A stretch of DNA of 64,000 nucleotides from Rebecca billardiae RCC1528. Taxonomy: Eukaryota > Protista > Haptophyta. Under the pieces are notes generated by a model that ran no database searches, was not told where the DNA came from, and worked only from the letters and a program-made list of their open reading frames with translations. Below, piece by piece: positions 11,143-24,100 of this stretch (within the stretch, counting starts at the first letter, position 1; every line of letters starts with the position of its first letter). The stretch lies in assembly GCA_965240325.2 (NCBI GenBank), contig OZ251246.1, forward strand, positions 620,001-684,000. The letters run 5' to 3'. The translations under genes and the position numbers were made by a program.

Positions 11143-12285
11143 ATGGCCGCTCGCGCAGGGGCCTCCTTGACTGCGGTCGACGACCGCTTCCTGGCTGCCC
11201 TTGAAACCGCCGGCGTGTCCGAGGCGACGCGCGCGCTGCTTCAGGCAGAGCTTATCGCCACACCACGCGCCGTCATCGCCCTCCCCGACCTCGCGTGGTC
11301 ACACCTGCTCGCGCGCGGCGTGCGCATCGGTGAGCACCCCGTGATCCTGGACGTGGCTCATGCAACCAGGGGCGATGAGCGCTTCGAGAAGCACGGGAGC
11401 CGGCGCGACTTCCAGATCTCGGCGTACGTCGTGAGCGGCTTCTCCGCCGGCCCCGCTCTCGTGCTGGGCATCGTCGACGAGTTCGGCCCGTACTCGGCCA
11501 GCCGGCCACTCACGTGGCTCGAGCAGGCGCTACTGGTCGCGCTGCCGGGCGTGATCTACCAGCTTTTGCTCAAGCGGCTGGTCGAGAAGGTCCGCACGGC
11601 TTTTTCGCTCGATGTGCTGCGCCAGCGCTCGAACGGCATCTCCCTGCGCGAGTCACAGCGCTCAAATCTCACCAATATGGCGATTGTCGCCGCGCTGTTG
11701 CTCACGGTGATCATTGCGATGATCCAGGCGGATCCGCCTTCGGCCGAGGGCGCGGACCGGCTGCTCGCGCAGTGGTACGCGCTCTTCCTCGCCGCGTCCA
11801 CCGTGCCGCTCTTTGGCGCGGTCGTCATGTCCTCGCTGCTCCTGCTGTACATCGAACCGCTCGACGACGACGCCGCGCTGAATTTCATCAGCAGCTTCAT
11901 CAATTACTTTGGCGAGCCAATCATCTCGACGGTCGTCGGCATCTTCAACTTTGTGCCCGCCCTGTCGCTGTGGGCGTTCGGTGTGTACGGCTTCTGGATG
12001 GGCGTGCTCTACACCTTCTCGTCGCTCATGCTCATGCGCAAGGTCGTGCTCACGCAGCTTTACCTCTCAACGTGGGAGAACAGCGCGCTCGATGCTGAGA
12101 CGCGCGAGCAACGCGAGCGCCAGGCGGACACCAAGGTGCACAAGCTCGCCAAGGCGGCCGCCGCGCGCGGCGGCGGCAGCCCACGCAAGCACGCGCGCGC
12201 CGCAGCGGCCGATGAGACACCGTCGGCAGTACCACCCGGGGTGGTGGCTTCCAGTCGGCTCGGGCCGGCAGTTCAGCGTCAATAG
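11143..12285 (+). CDS. Membrane protein with a SAM-like N-terminus and a PGG-like multi-TM C-terminal region
   Basis: 380-aa ORF with coding-like codon use; hydrophobic segments NMAIVAALLLTVIIAM, WYALFLAASTVPLFGAVVMSSLLLLY and others; the domain names are my inference. Confidence 0.7.
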   Translation: MAARAGASLTAVDDRFLAALETAGVSEATRALLQAELIATPRAVIALPDLAWSHLLARGVRIGEHPVILDVAHATRGDERFEKHGSRRDFQISAYVVSGFSAGPALVLGIVDEFGPYSASRPLTWLEQALLVALPGVIYQLLLKRLVEKVRTAFSLDVLRQRSNGISLRESQRSNLTNMAIVAALLLTVIIAMIQADPPSAEGADRLLAQWYALFLAASTVPLFGAVVMSSLLLLYIEPLDDDAALNFISSFINYFGEPIISTVVGIFNFVPALSLWAFGVYGFWMGVLYTFSSLMLMRKVVLTQLYLSTWENSALDAETREQRERQADTKVHKLAKAAAARGGGSPRKHARAAAADETPSAVPPGVVASSRLGPAVQRQ

Positions 12286-13137
12286 GGCTCTGCCCCCGCT
12301 CTGTGAGGCACTGCCTGATGCGGCGCCCGCGGGCGCGGCTCAGGAGTTGCCAAGACGCCGATCGTGATCGACTCATGCCGTGATCGAGGCGGGCCACCGC
12401 CGCCACCGGCCAGACGGGAGAGGCGCCGCAGCGGACCGCGGCCGGCGCCGCTGAGCCTGAGAATTATTTCACCATCGGCAAGGCGGCGACTCACTTGACA
12501 TTGCCAAGTCGTATGGCGGGCCGTAGGTCCGCCCCTTGTAGTGCCCGGGAAAAAGATAAGAAAAAGAAAAGGAAAAAAGAAAATCGCCTCGCAAAGTAGA
12601 AAAGAAAATCGCTTCGCTCACTACCGGGCGCCCTCGCAGCTCCCACTGGGGACGCTCGGCCGAAAACCATATGGCGCCTGGCGCGGAGCGCGTGGGCCGC
12701 GCGCGCCGAATCCAACGCCGGCGCGGACATCGCGCGAGGGATCCCTAGACGGGTTTTCGCCCGATTCGCGATTGCTGCCCTCGTCGTCTCGCGTGCAGGT
12801 CGAACGGGGCCCAAATCGGACCGTTTGATGCGGTACGCTCGGCGCGTCGACACGATCGTGAGACTTGGGGCGATCCTCGCCCGACGTGCACGTCGAAAGC
12901 TCGCACCGGCCATAGCATCATGCGCTGCGCACGATGACCGCCTCGCGCGATCCACCGTCGCGCGTCGGGCTCGGTGCGAGAAAGCCCTCATCACGAGGCG
13001 TCTCGCGGGCGGGAAGCGCCATCGCACGCGACGCAAGATTTGGCGCGGCCTTCTGAACTCGATCGCCGGAATCCGCGCACCGGACTCAGTCCTCGCTCGC
13101 GGTCCGGTCCCTCAGACGAAGCCCACGTCCGGCCTGC

Positions 13138-13790
13138 ATGGCGTCGACGGTGACCAATGCGACGGAAGCGCAGCGCCACACGGCGTACGACGCGCAGCGG
13201 ACGCACCTCCCGGGTCTGTCGCCGTGGCAGCAACCGCGTCATCGCGAGTTGGCGACCCTCGCCGCAGCGCGACACAGACAAGCCCGTGATGCCATCTGCA
13301 GAGAGACGGGACGTCGAGCATGCAACATCGCCGCGCCATCCTCGTCCATGGCGCAGGCGCTGCGGGACGAGGCGGACGTCGTCACGCCGGTGACGGATGC
13401 GCTGCGAATCGTGTGTTTGCTCGAGCAGCTCGTGCCCACTCTCGATCGCGAGTGGCACACGCTGTCGCTGTGCGCGCGCGCGCACAACCAACAGCTCCTT
13501 GTGCCGCCGAACACGCAGGCGCCAGACCTGTCGCACGAGGCGAAGAGCGACGACCGCGCGAACGTCAACGCGCTCGTGCTCAGCGTGGCAGCCGTGCACG
13601 ACGCCAACGCGACCTGCGCCGAGCCCATCATGCCCGGAGCAGACATCGGCAAGCATCCTCGCGACGACCGCTCTCGGCTGGCGGCAGGAGGACATGCACA
13701 TGATCTACTCTGGCGGCTTCGTCGGCGGCGAGGCGCTCGATTACGCCATCGCGGTCGAGATGCGGCACATACAGTGCGTACCCGCGCTCG
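13138..13790 (+). pseudogene. Frameshifted coding remnant, possibly related to Ulp1/C48 peptidases
   Basis: Coding-like frames switch near 13630; ...GWRQEDMHMIYSGGFVGGEALDYAI loosely resembles the Ulp1 DL..L....WLNDEVINFY block; weak. Confidence 0.3.
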
Positions 13791-14072
13791 CGCGGAGCAA
13801 CGGGCTACCCGCCCCGCCCCGCGCGCTGCACATTCCCTCGTGGGTGTGGGCCTCGCTGATGCGCATAAGAGTACAGACTGAGACGTGTCACACGTCGGGG
13901 AGCCAACTTCACGTGTCATCACTGGTCCTTGCACTCGACTGTCCGTAACCCACGGCCACGAGCGAATGTGGAAAGACGCGAACCCGCAAAGGATACATTG
14001 CGACAGCACTGGCACGGCCCGCCGACTCCCCCGCCCGCCAGGGCACAGTGACAGTTTTTAATATAATATTAC

Positions 14073-15913
14073 GAGATAATGTCAGCTGTATTGCCGTTTT
14101 GGAAAGTGTGGTCATTCATCGATCGCGGTTCAGGCTATGCTCTGCCACCAGCGCCGACTTCGTGTCGACGATCGGGCACTGCCGACGACGAATCAGGAGA
14201 CCTGCGCCGTCCTACCTGTGTCGTTAAATCATAGAATGGGTCAGGTGTATTGCCAAACGCACGTTTTGACTACCGCGGTCAGTTGTATTGCCGTTTTCCA
14301 TGTTTGGGAATCACGTGTCAATCTTGTTGCCAACGTCGAATACTTGTGTCAGGTGTATTGCCGTGGATGATGGCCCAATACTTTGTCCAGCTGTATTGCC
14401 GTCGCGCAGTGTGGGTCAGTAATCAGTTGTGTTGCCGTTTGCGCATCTTTGATTCAGGTTTGTTGCCGCGATCGCCCACGCGCTGATGATATGGCGCTGG
14501 CGCCCACGCGTCGCCGGCGTGCGCGGCGTGCCCTTGAGCAGGCCTAGCTGATCCCAGGCCAGAAGAGTGACGTTCAACGACGACGATCTCTGCCGGGGTA
14601 GCGCCGTGTTCCTCGACATCATCAAGCCGAACGACGAGCTGAACCGTGGACCGGAATCTGCACAAACGCTTCCGCATGCGCGCGCAGTGCAACACGCGCG
14701 TGCACCTCGGGCTACTCGCCGTCTACGCGGAGACGGGCGAGAATCCGTCGCGACTTCTATCGAATCGGCGTTGCTCCGTGCTCACTTCGACTCCGGGACC
14801 GTCAAGCGCGCAGTCGATGACATTGCGACGGCAGCGCATGCAGGTGCATGCGTGAAGCAGGGTGAGCGTGAGTTGCCGCGCCCCAATTCGCGGGAGTCGA
14901 ACGTGCACGACGGGCGTGTGCTCTTCAACGGCCTCAAGGAGCTTGACTAACGCGACGCGCGTCCCCCTCACTGCCTGCCATCGACTGTCATTCACACCGT
15001 GGCGATCAACCAACGCGCGTCGCTCTCGCTCGTGCAACACTGCTGGCGCGTGCCTTTTTGCGATTGTCATCACTCCAACAGCAGACTGCCCTGTGGTCAA
15101 CCGTGTGCAGGTGGCTGACCGTGCGCCAGTCGCACTCGTCAACGCAGGCTGATTGGCCCGTGGAGGAGGAAGTCCAAGGCGTACTGCCAGCTGGGACACA
15201 ACGCACCGACCGGCGGGCGGTGCGCCGCGCGCGCCTCGACGAGCCAGCAAGCAGGCGGGGCAGGCGACGCTTCCTGCTGCTGCTGGAACCCGAGTGGCAG
15301 GCTTGGCGAGCGCGGTCGCAGCTTGAGGCGGCGCGTGCAGCGGCACGGGACGCGATGCGGCTCACATGGCCGCTGAAGTAGCAGCAGTCCCGATGGCGCT
15401 GGCGGCCGGCCGCCGGCGGGCGGCAAGCGCGACGGCGACGGGAAGCGCCGACTGCTACTGGAAGTCAAGATGAGCTACGCAGGCCGCATGATGATGGCAT
15501 GTCGGTTGGTTGCAGTCGCGTATCCTGCATGCCGCGCGCAGGCAGTCGCAGCTCTGCACGCACGCGCACACGGGCTGCGCGCGTCTCTTGTCTGAGTGCG
15601 AGTCGTGCCCCAGCCACCAGCTGCTGGCGGCAATACAACTGACACATAGTTATGGAAAGGGCAATATTTCTGAGCAGACTATGTTCAAGCTCGAAAACGG
15701 CAATATTCGTGAACCAAGTAGTGTGAAAGGGTCATTGGTTTGAAACCAGTATTTGAGGGGCAATATTGTTATTGGCACACTATCCAAAAGCGGCAATATT
15801 CTTGACCCATACTACTGAAAACGGCAATACAACTGACCACGGTAGTCATAACGTGCTTTTGGCAATACAACTGACCACACTATCCAAAGCGGCAATACAA
15901 CTGACGTCGACTC
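14073..15913. mobile_element. MULE/foldback-like non-autonomous element
   Basis: GAG...CTC termini; flanks TAATATTAC (14064-14072) / TAATATTAA (15914-15922); inverted arms each built from ~8 GTATTGCC/GGCAATAC-type motifs; 14081-14114 matches the reverse complement of ~15871-15905. Confidence 0.72.
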
Positions 15914-15922
15914 TAATATTAA

Positions 15923-15978
15923 TGATATGATGATGATTGATGATGATGATGACGATGATGATGATGATATGATAATAA

Positions 15979-16009
<31 letters not shown>

Positions 16010-16047
16010 AAGAAGAAGAAGAAGAAGAAGAAGATGATGATGATGAT
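15923..16047. repeat. (GAT)n/(GAA)n compound microsatellite
   Basis: Directly visible. Confidence 0.95.
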
Positions 16048-16862
16048 AACTACTGAGAATATTTAATATAATATATTATTTGAATTATTAGTAATAATAA
16101 TTATTATAAATATGATACCGTACGTGATTTGACACATGACTCTGCCACAGTCCGAACTGCTTCCTCCGAGGCTACCTCCTAGGCTTGCAGTTGGCGCGTC
16201 ATCCCGCATCCGGCCTGAGCACGGGAATTCAGTTGCTTCCTCGGGCCGGGCCCGCAGCTGTGCGGCTGCCGTTTTGTGTGATGGCTTCTGCCATGTCGTC
16301 GTCGTCGTCGTCGTCGGCTGCGGCGGGCGCGTTTGGCTCTTCCTCGTCATCGTCATCGTCGTCATCCAGGTCTTCGATCACCTCGATGTCCCCGCCCAGT
16401 GTTTCGTGCATATCACTTGCTGCGGCGCGCGCGCACGCTCGGGACGAGTCAATCGCATGCCTCTGCAGTTAGACTGCACGCACTGCCGAGGGTCCGTAAT
16501 GCGGCAAGTCGCGCGGTGCACGCAAGTCAGCATACCATCTGCGCTGTAGAAGGGCTTCCCCGACATGAGTCGGCGGTCGCCCGGCTCACGAATGGTGAGG
16601 ACGTCAAAGATGTCGCGAGTAGCAGCCGGGGCTCCGCCATCGTTCGTCATGGGGAGGCCGTGCTGGACTGCCCGGGTGACTAGTCCGAGTTGTGAGTGTC
16701 GGCCTTGCCTTTTGCCGGTTCGATGCTGACGACGACCTCAGGCAGGCGAGATTACGGTACGGCAGGCACGCCTCGTTGAGGATGGCGGTCACACCGACGA
16801 CGCCAGCAACAGTCGATGCCGCCGACAGCAGCTAGGCGGCGGCCAGCGCGCTCATCTGCTCA

Positions 16863-19800
16863 CTATGCCGGCTGCGCCCTGAGCCTCACATACACAGAGT
16901 AGCGCTCGTCGATCACCTCGTTCAGTGGCACGAGCAGCAGCGTGCCGGCAGGCAGCGCGTGCGCGCGCTCGGCCGCGCCGGCGGCTGCCGCGTGCACGCG
17001 CTCAGCCTCCGCCAGCTCTCGCGCACACCAGAAGCTCCCTGCGGGCAGCTGCGCCAGGGGGGCGTGCAGCTCGAACGTGCTCGCTCGCGCGAACGCGAGC
17101 GGGTGGTACTTTCCGTCGCGCGGCGGCGGCTTGCGCGCGACGAGGTCGGACTCGACGCCCGCGGCGGGCTCCGCCAAGCTCGCCGGCCCGCTGGGCGCAG
17201 CGCCGTCCTCGGCAGTCCGGTGCGCGGAGAGGAAGAGCCCGGGGGCCGCCTCCGACTCGAGCGCGTAGAACGCGAGGCCCGGCACGAACCCGTCTCGCCG
17301 CCTCCACCGCGCCTCGCGCGCATTGGGCCCCAGGTCGCACCGAAGGCGCACCGCGCGCTCGGCCGGCATGGCGCCGCTCCGAGAGTCCGGGACAGCGGCG
17401 AGGGCGATGTAGCAGCCTGGCTGGCTGAGCGCCGCGAAGGCGACGGCGGCCGTGCCGTCAGCGGAGGCCACCTCGGCGAACGTCGCCGCGCCCAGCTCAT
17501 CCGTGCCGCCCGCGCGCTCGCTCTCCCGGAAGGGCGCGCGCGGCGCGTCGCCACGACGCAGGAAGAGGCGCCCGTGTCCGTCGTGGGCGAGCGCGCCCGC
17601 GGGCGCGACGAGCGACTTGAAGCGCGTGCGCGCCGCGTCTGGCACGAGGGCGCACGCGCGCGCCACGTCCGCCGGCGCGTACGGCAGCTCGGGCGTCGGC
17701 GACGCGCCGGCGCCGCCTTCGCCGCCGCGCGCGGACGCGCTCAGCACGGCCAGCACCAGGGGCCCCCACAGCAGAGCGTGCAGGCCTCTGAACTTGGCGC
17801 GCGCGTCGGCAAGCGGCTCGGCGCGGAGCTGCAGCGGCAGCTGCAGCTCCAGCGTGTCGCCGGGCTGCAGGCACTGCCCACGCACGCCCGCGAAGGCGGC
17901 GCGCGCCGCGGTGCTCGCGGCCGCGCCGCCGCCCTCGGTCGCCGCCGCCGCGGGCAGTTCGAGGGGGATGGGCTGCCGATTAAAGAGCGCCCGCACCGGT
18001 GCTGAAGGTTGGGACTCGGCCGCGGCGCGCGCCCAACCGGGCACGCGCACCGCGAGCTCCAGGTCGACGCTCTCGGCTTGCGCCGACCCGCCCGCTGCGG
18101 AGGCGGCGCCCCCGCCGCCGCCGAGGCCAGCCGTGCACCGCTGCGCGCGCGCATCCGCCCTGAGCACACGCAGCGAGACAGAGTGCACAGGGCTGGCGCC
18201 AAGCGGCGCCATCTCTGTCAGCTCGACTTCAAGCAGGGCAGCGGCCGGGGCGCCGATGGCCGGCGCGGGCGGCAGCACGGCCCAGCTCGCGCGCGAGGGC
18301 ACGAGCTGCGCGGCGAGCAGCGCCGCCGCCGCGCCGCCGCCGCCGCCGCCGCCGCGCGCCGCGCCGCTGTGCCACGCAGTCGTGTACCAGACGCGGTCGT
18401 TCAGCCGAGCGAAGTTCTCGATGCCAGTTCCAGAGCAGCACCAAAAGTCGCCGTGCGGGACAGCCCAGCCGGAGAGCCGCCACGCCTGCCGCTCGCGCTT
18501 GGAGACGTTGCTCCCGAGCGGCAGGAAGTAGAGCAGCTCGCCGGGCTCGAGCCCGCGCTGCGTGCCCAGGATCCCGTTCAGCACGGCGCGCTCGATGAAC
18601 TCCGCCACCGGCGCGTGCGCGTGCGCCGTCAGCAGAACGTCGGCGAGCCGCAGGTGGTTGTACGTGGTGCAACTCTCCTGGTGCTCCGCGCCCGCCGGGT
18701 GGTGGCCCGCGATCGCCTCGCCGAGCTCGTGCGGCCTTCCCCACATCTCGGCGTGCGACGTGCCGCCCGTCGCGTACGCGTGCGCGTCGCCGAGCGTCCG
18801 GTACAGCCGGCGTGTCAGCCGCGCAAAGTGCGCCTCGCCCGTGAGCGCGTGCCGGCGCGCCGCCCCGAGCGCGATGGGCAAGTGCGTGTTTGCGTGCAGC
18901 CCGTCGAGCGGGTGCAGCGGCCGCTCGGCCGGGGCGCCGGGCACAGGCTTCGCGCCGACGAAGCAGCGCTTGTCGTACAGCGAGGCGAGCCGGCTCCACC
19001 GCCGCTCACCCGTGAGCGCGGCCAGCCGCCACAGCACCTGCGGCGGCGTGGGCGCACGGGCGCGCGCGGACGCGAGGCGCACACGCGCGCGCGTGGGCGC
19101 GCGGGCCGCCACCGGTCTCGCGAGCTGCCGGGGGTGCGCGGGCGTGGCGCGGCTCCTTCGATCTGCCGTGGCGCGCGCGGCCGGCCCGCCCCTCCGGCGC
19201 GGCGCACCTCGTTGAACCCGCCGTACTCCATATTCAGACTCTCCTGGAAGTGGTCAAGGCCGTTCTTGGAGATTGCAATCTCGGCGCGCCGCTCCGCGTA
19301 TTCGCCAAACTTGAGCACGACGCCGAGCGCCGCCTCGCTGCCGGCGAGCTCGTGCATGTCGAGCAGCCCGGCGAGCACCTTGTGCAGCGTGTACAACGGC
19401 GCCCATACCGGCTTGTGCTCCTCAAAACGGTCGAGCAGCGAGTCCGGGAACGCCTGCGGGCGAGCGGCGCGCGGCGCAGGGCGAGCGAGGGCGGCGTGTG
19501 TGCCAAGGGCAGAGGCGGCGCGGGGATGCGCGCGCGCACGCGGCGCGGGCGTGAGCGGGCTTGCGCGCCGCGCCCTCGCGCGCGGGCCGCCGCGACGCGC
19601 ACACGCGCACGCCGCGCACGCGCGCGCGGCAGGCGCGCCGCGCGTGCGCGCCCACGCACAGACACGTAGCCTGTTCCCAGCTTGGCCTGGCACTCTGCGA
19701 TCGCGGCGACGACCGCGCGCGCCTTGGCGGCGAGGGCGGCGTGGTCGAGGCTGGCGATGAGCGCCGCGGCTGCGGAGAGCCAGTGCCCCAAGAAGTGCCC

Positions 19801-20436
19801 GCGCAGCTCCGAGCCCGGGTGCTCCCAGCCGGTGAGCGGCTGCGCTCCGCGTGTCGGCAGCTTGGCGAGCGTCCGCCAAGACCACAGCAGCGCGTCGTGG
19901 TCGAGCGCGAGCAGGTACTCGAGGTCGGAGGCCTGGGCGCGCTGGAGCCGCGTGCCCGGCGTGAGCACCACGGCCGAGAGCGGCAGGCCCTCGAGCTTGC
20001 TCCGCGGCCGCTCCGCCTCGCCGAGCGGAGGCGCATCGAACGGGACCTCGATTCGAATGAGCTCTCGCTCCTTCATCGGGAATCGCTCGAAGCGGAAGCC
20101 AGGCCCGGAGTAGTCAGGGCAGCGCTTCGTCTCGGTGGGCGGCGACACACCGCCGTCACCGTCGTCGCGCAGCTCGTCGTCCGCAAGCGGCCATGCCGCG
20201 AGCACCGCCGGCGGCGCGGCGCGGGGCAGCGCTGCGCGCGCTCGTCGCTCCTCGAGCCGGCGCATGCTCGCAGCAGTCGCGGCCGAGGCCGCGGCGGCAG
20301 CCTCGGGGGCCGAGGCGCGCGTGTTGGCGAGGAGTACAACCAGCGGGTACGCCATGCCGACGCCCAACGTCGCGGCGAGGAGCGCGCATCGACCGGGCCG
20401 GCCTGGTCGCCGCTGGTCCCGATGACGCGGCGCCAT
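16863..20436 (-). CDS. GH127/GH146 (DUF1680) beta-L-arabinofuranosidase-like glycosidase with a C-terminal AbfB-like region; exons 20436-19660, 19453-19208, 19037-16863
   Basis: Motifs GWE..ELRGHFLGHWLSA, GYVSAFP (across the splice), WAPLYTLHKVLAGLLD, EYGGFNE, HANTHLP, ESCTTYN, FWCCSGTGIE; N-terminal TM anchor; GT-AG introns in phase. Confidence 0.92.
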
Positions 20437-21114
20437 GATTATTATAATGTTGCGCAACCTTCCGCATTCCGTCTCAAGTACAGTTTATTTGTTTTAACGT
20501 GCGTAAGGCTCACGGTGGCAGGTTGCCGCGCCATCCTTCATCGCACGCTCTCCGAAGAGAGACCTGGAAACTGACAGTAGCCTACTCTGTCCCTGATCAA
20601 GACCGTGGATCTACAAGCAGTACAGCAAGGGCCCTTGAGTACAGTGCGTCTATACTTCGGATTGTAGTTGCCGATCGTACGCTGCCTCAGCCGAGTCTTC
20701 AGGCGAGTGTATCAGGGCGCCGCCGGGGTGCCGGTCGGACTCAGCCAACTAGCAGTGCTGAAGGAAAGAAATCGCGGTGCTGAGGATTTGCTGTCGTTGC
20801 TGTGGTCGTTCTGAATAATAACATGCTGCTGTTCATGGTCACGTACACCACACTGGAAATATATGCTGATGAGGCTTATGACGATGGAAGTGAAGTCGCC
20901 GAGCCTGCACGAGTCGTCAAGCCCGTGTGTCGCATGCGGTTGCGAGCCCCTGTCATCGCTGTCCGTGCAGGAGCCCGTCTGGTCCTAGTCCTACAATCTC
21001 GCATCAACACGGCCGCAGTAGCAGATGATGATGAGATGCCTGCCGTGATGATACACACGCGGCGATGCGCCACTGCATGTCCTCGATCAAATGAAGCAGA
21101 GTGCGACGCGCGCT

Positions 21115-24100
21115 CTACTTCTCGGCGACGTCCGTGTCCGAATCGTCGCTGGCCGCGCCCATCGCCTCGATCTCGCCCGGCGAGATGCCAAACTTGAGGA
21201 TGTGGATCTCCTCGCCGGTGAGCCCGGTCTTCTTGAGCGAGGAGAAGTCGACCTCGCCCAGCCGCGAGAAGGTGACGGACACCGACTCCTGCATCGCCAC
21301 GAGGTCGGCGGTCTGCGGGCCCAGAGGTGGGTGGGGAGGCGTTCGCGCGGGCGGTCGCGTGTCAGCGCGCGGGCGCGGGCGCGACTCGGCGGCTCGCGCG
21401 CGCCCGCGACCTCGCGCGACGGGCGCGCACCCTGCCGCGCAGCTCCGCGAGCGGGATGATGTCGAGGTCGTCCGCTGATCTCGCCGTCGTGTCGAGGTCC
21501 ACGCCGATCTTGCTCCGGAAGTACTCCACGCGCAGCGGGTTGCGCGCCGCGTACTTCTTGACCTCGACCCAAAAGTGCGCCTGGCTCGCCTTGACCGCGT
21601 CGGCGCCCTCGTCCGTCTCGAGGCGCGTCACCTCCTCGACCCGCTTCTTGAACTTGTACGCGACCTTGCGCTGCTCGCGCACCCACTTGGACAGCACGAC
21701 GGCGATGCCGCACAGCTCCTCGCGCTGCTGGACCGTCGCCATGTCCGCCGCGCGCTTCTTGGCCGCGTGCTCGGACAGGTTGCGGATCAGCCGCTCGTGC
21801 GAGCCGTTCTTGGCGCCGCGCAGGTTGAGCAGCATGCGCGTGAGCTGCACCTCGTTCGACTCCTCGCGCTCCGTGTCGTCGAGCGAGGTGTTGCCGTAGA
21901 AGTCCTCGACGTTCGGGTCGATGCCCTCGCAGTCGAGCAGGAAGTGGCACGCGCCCACGTGCCCGTTCGCCGATGCGAGGTGCAGCGCCGTCCGGCCCTG
22001 GTGGTCCTGGATGTTGACGTTGCACCGGTACTTGACGAGCCGCTCGAGCTGCGCCACGTTGCCCTCCGCGCCCGCCGTGCACATGTACGCGGCGCTGTCG
22101 AACGTGGCGCCGAGGTTGGCGTCGCGCGCGAGCAGCAGGTCGCACACGTCCTCGTGCTTGGCGTGCACCGCGTCCTGCAGCGGCGTCACGCCGTACCGGT
22201 CGACCGCGTTGATGTCGGCCTTGAGCTCGAGCAGCAGCTTGACGTTCTCGATGATCCCCTCCGCCGCGGCCACGTGCAGCGGCGTGCGCTTGTTCGCGTC
22301 GCGGCAGGTCACCTCGCCCACCGTGTCGTACCGCAGGATGTAGCGCAGCGTCTCGAGCCCCTCCGGCTTGCCCGCGGCCGCGCACAGCTTCTCGACCGGG
22401 TCCTTCATCAGGCGCTTCGCGCCCGCGGCCTCGAGCATCTTGGCCGCCTCCATGTGCTTCTCGCGCAGCGCCTCCTCGAGCGGCGTGCCGCCGTACCGGT
22501 CGGCCACGTTCACGTCCGCGCGGTGGCCGAGCAGGAACTGGACCACGCCGAGGTGGCCGAAGCACGCGGCGAGGTGCAGCGGGCGGCGGCCGTTGACGTT
22601 GGCGTGGTTGACGCTCACGCCGCTCGCCGAGATGATGCGCCGCGCCTTATCGCGCTCGCCGTTCGCGCACGCCGCGCACAGCTTGGTGAGCATCAAGTCC
22701 TCGCGCTTGCGCTTGATGTCCTTGATCATCATGCGCACGTTGTCGAGGTGCGAGGAGACGTCGGAGGACGAGTCGGCGAGCGAGTTGCTCATCGTCGTCG
22801 ACGACTTAGTCGTCGACGACTTGGCCGCGGAGTACTTGCTCGAGTGCGCGGACGTCTTCGAGCGGCCCGAGCGAGCCGTCATCGCGCCTGCATCCCGCGC
22901 GGCACCCGGCGCGGCGCGGCGCGCGCATGTGAGCGCGCATGCGCGCGCGCTCGCGCTGTCGCGGCGCGTCCGACGGCCGGCTCGCGGTGACGGGCGTGGC
23001 GAGGGCCGCGGAGCGTGTGCTCGCGCGGCGTGCGTGCGGGCGGGCGCGCACCGTCATACTGGCGGATCGCGTTGTCCATGATGTTGTCCTCGTCATCGGG
23101 GAAGGCCTTGAGCAGCTCGACATAGTCCACGCGCTGCACAATGATCACCTTGGACTCCATGCCGGCCGCGGCGCGCGCGTTCTGGAAATGGCGGATGCCG
23201 AAGACGAAGGGCACCTCGCCGAGCGTGTCGCCAGGGCCGGCGTTGCCCGCGGGCTCGGGCTCGGCGTCCGCCACCTCGGCCTCGTTCGTGATGTCGAGCG
23301 AGCCCGTCCACACGATGCAGAGCTCCTTGCAGGCCTCGCCCGCGCGGAAGAGGAACGCCTCCTCCTCGAGGATCCGCTCGCGGAGCACGGCGGCGAGGCG
23401 GTTGAGGAAGCCGTTCGAGGTGTTCTCGAGCAGCGACGCCTGGCCCACGATCGCGCGGTACATGTACACCGACACGTCGATCTGCAGCGCCACCGGCATC
23501 GCGGCGAACATGTCCTCCGCCTTGACGGACGAGCCGGACGACTCGGTGACGTGCGCGCGGAAGAAGGACTCGATGTCCTCCTTGAGCTTGGTCGAGATGA
23601 TCGCGTGCTTGAGGAACTCCTGCACCGTCTCGATCTGCGCGCGCTTACCCACCAGCTCCGCGTCCTGGTTCATCACCAGCGTGGAGATCTGGCCGACGCA
23701 CCACGCGTCTGCGGCGCGCGCGCGGCGCGGGCGGCGCGCGGGCACCGGGCGTGCGTGAGCGTGAGCGCGCGGCGCGCGGCGCGCGGCGCGCGGCGTGCGC
23801 GCGCGGCGCGGCGCGGCCGGCACGCACAGATGGTGAGGTTGAGCAGCATGAGGATCAAGAAGAGCGCGATCTCGGCGAAGTTGACCGGCACCTGCGTCAG
23901 CCCGAGCGTGGTGATCATGCTCATCACGAAGTAGAGGTTGATCAGGTAGCGCGTGAAGAGCGCCTGCTCGGCCGGCACGGTGACAAAGTCGAGGTGCTTG
24001 CCGATGGCCGCGGCGTCCTCGGTGTACGCGTCGAGCCACGTGCGCTCGCTGAACGAGTGCTCGGAGATGAGGTTCCAGAAGCACGCCATGTAGTGCGAGG

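Noticed and set aside
16229-16800. Acidic and Cys-containing minus-strand ORF fragments
   Set aside because: Frames are discontinuous with no clear start or family; possibly a decayed gene but unsupported
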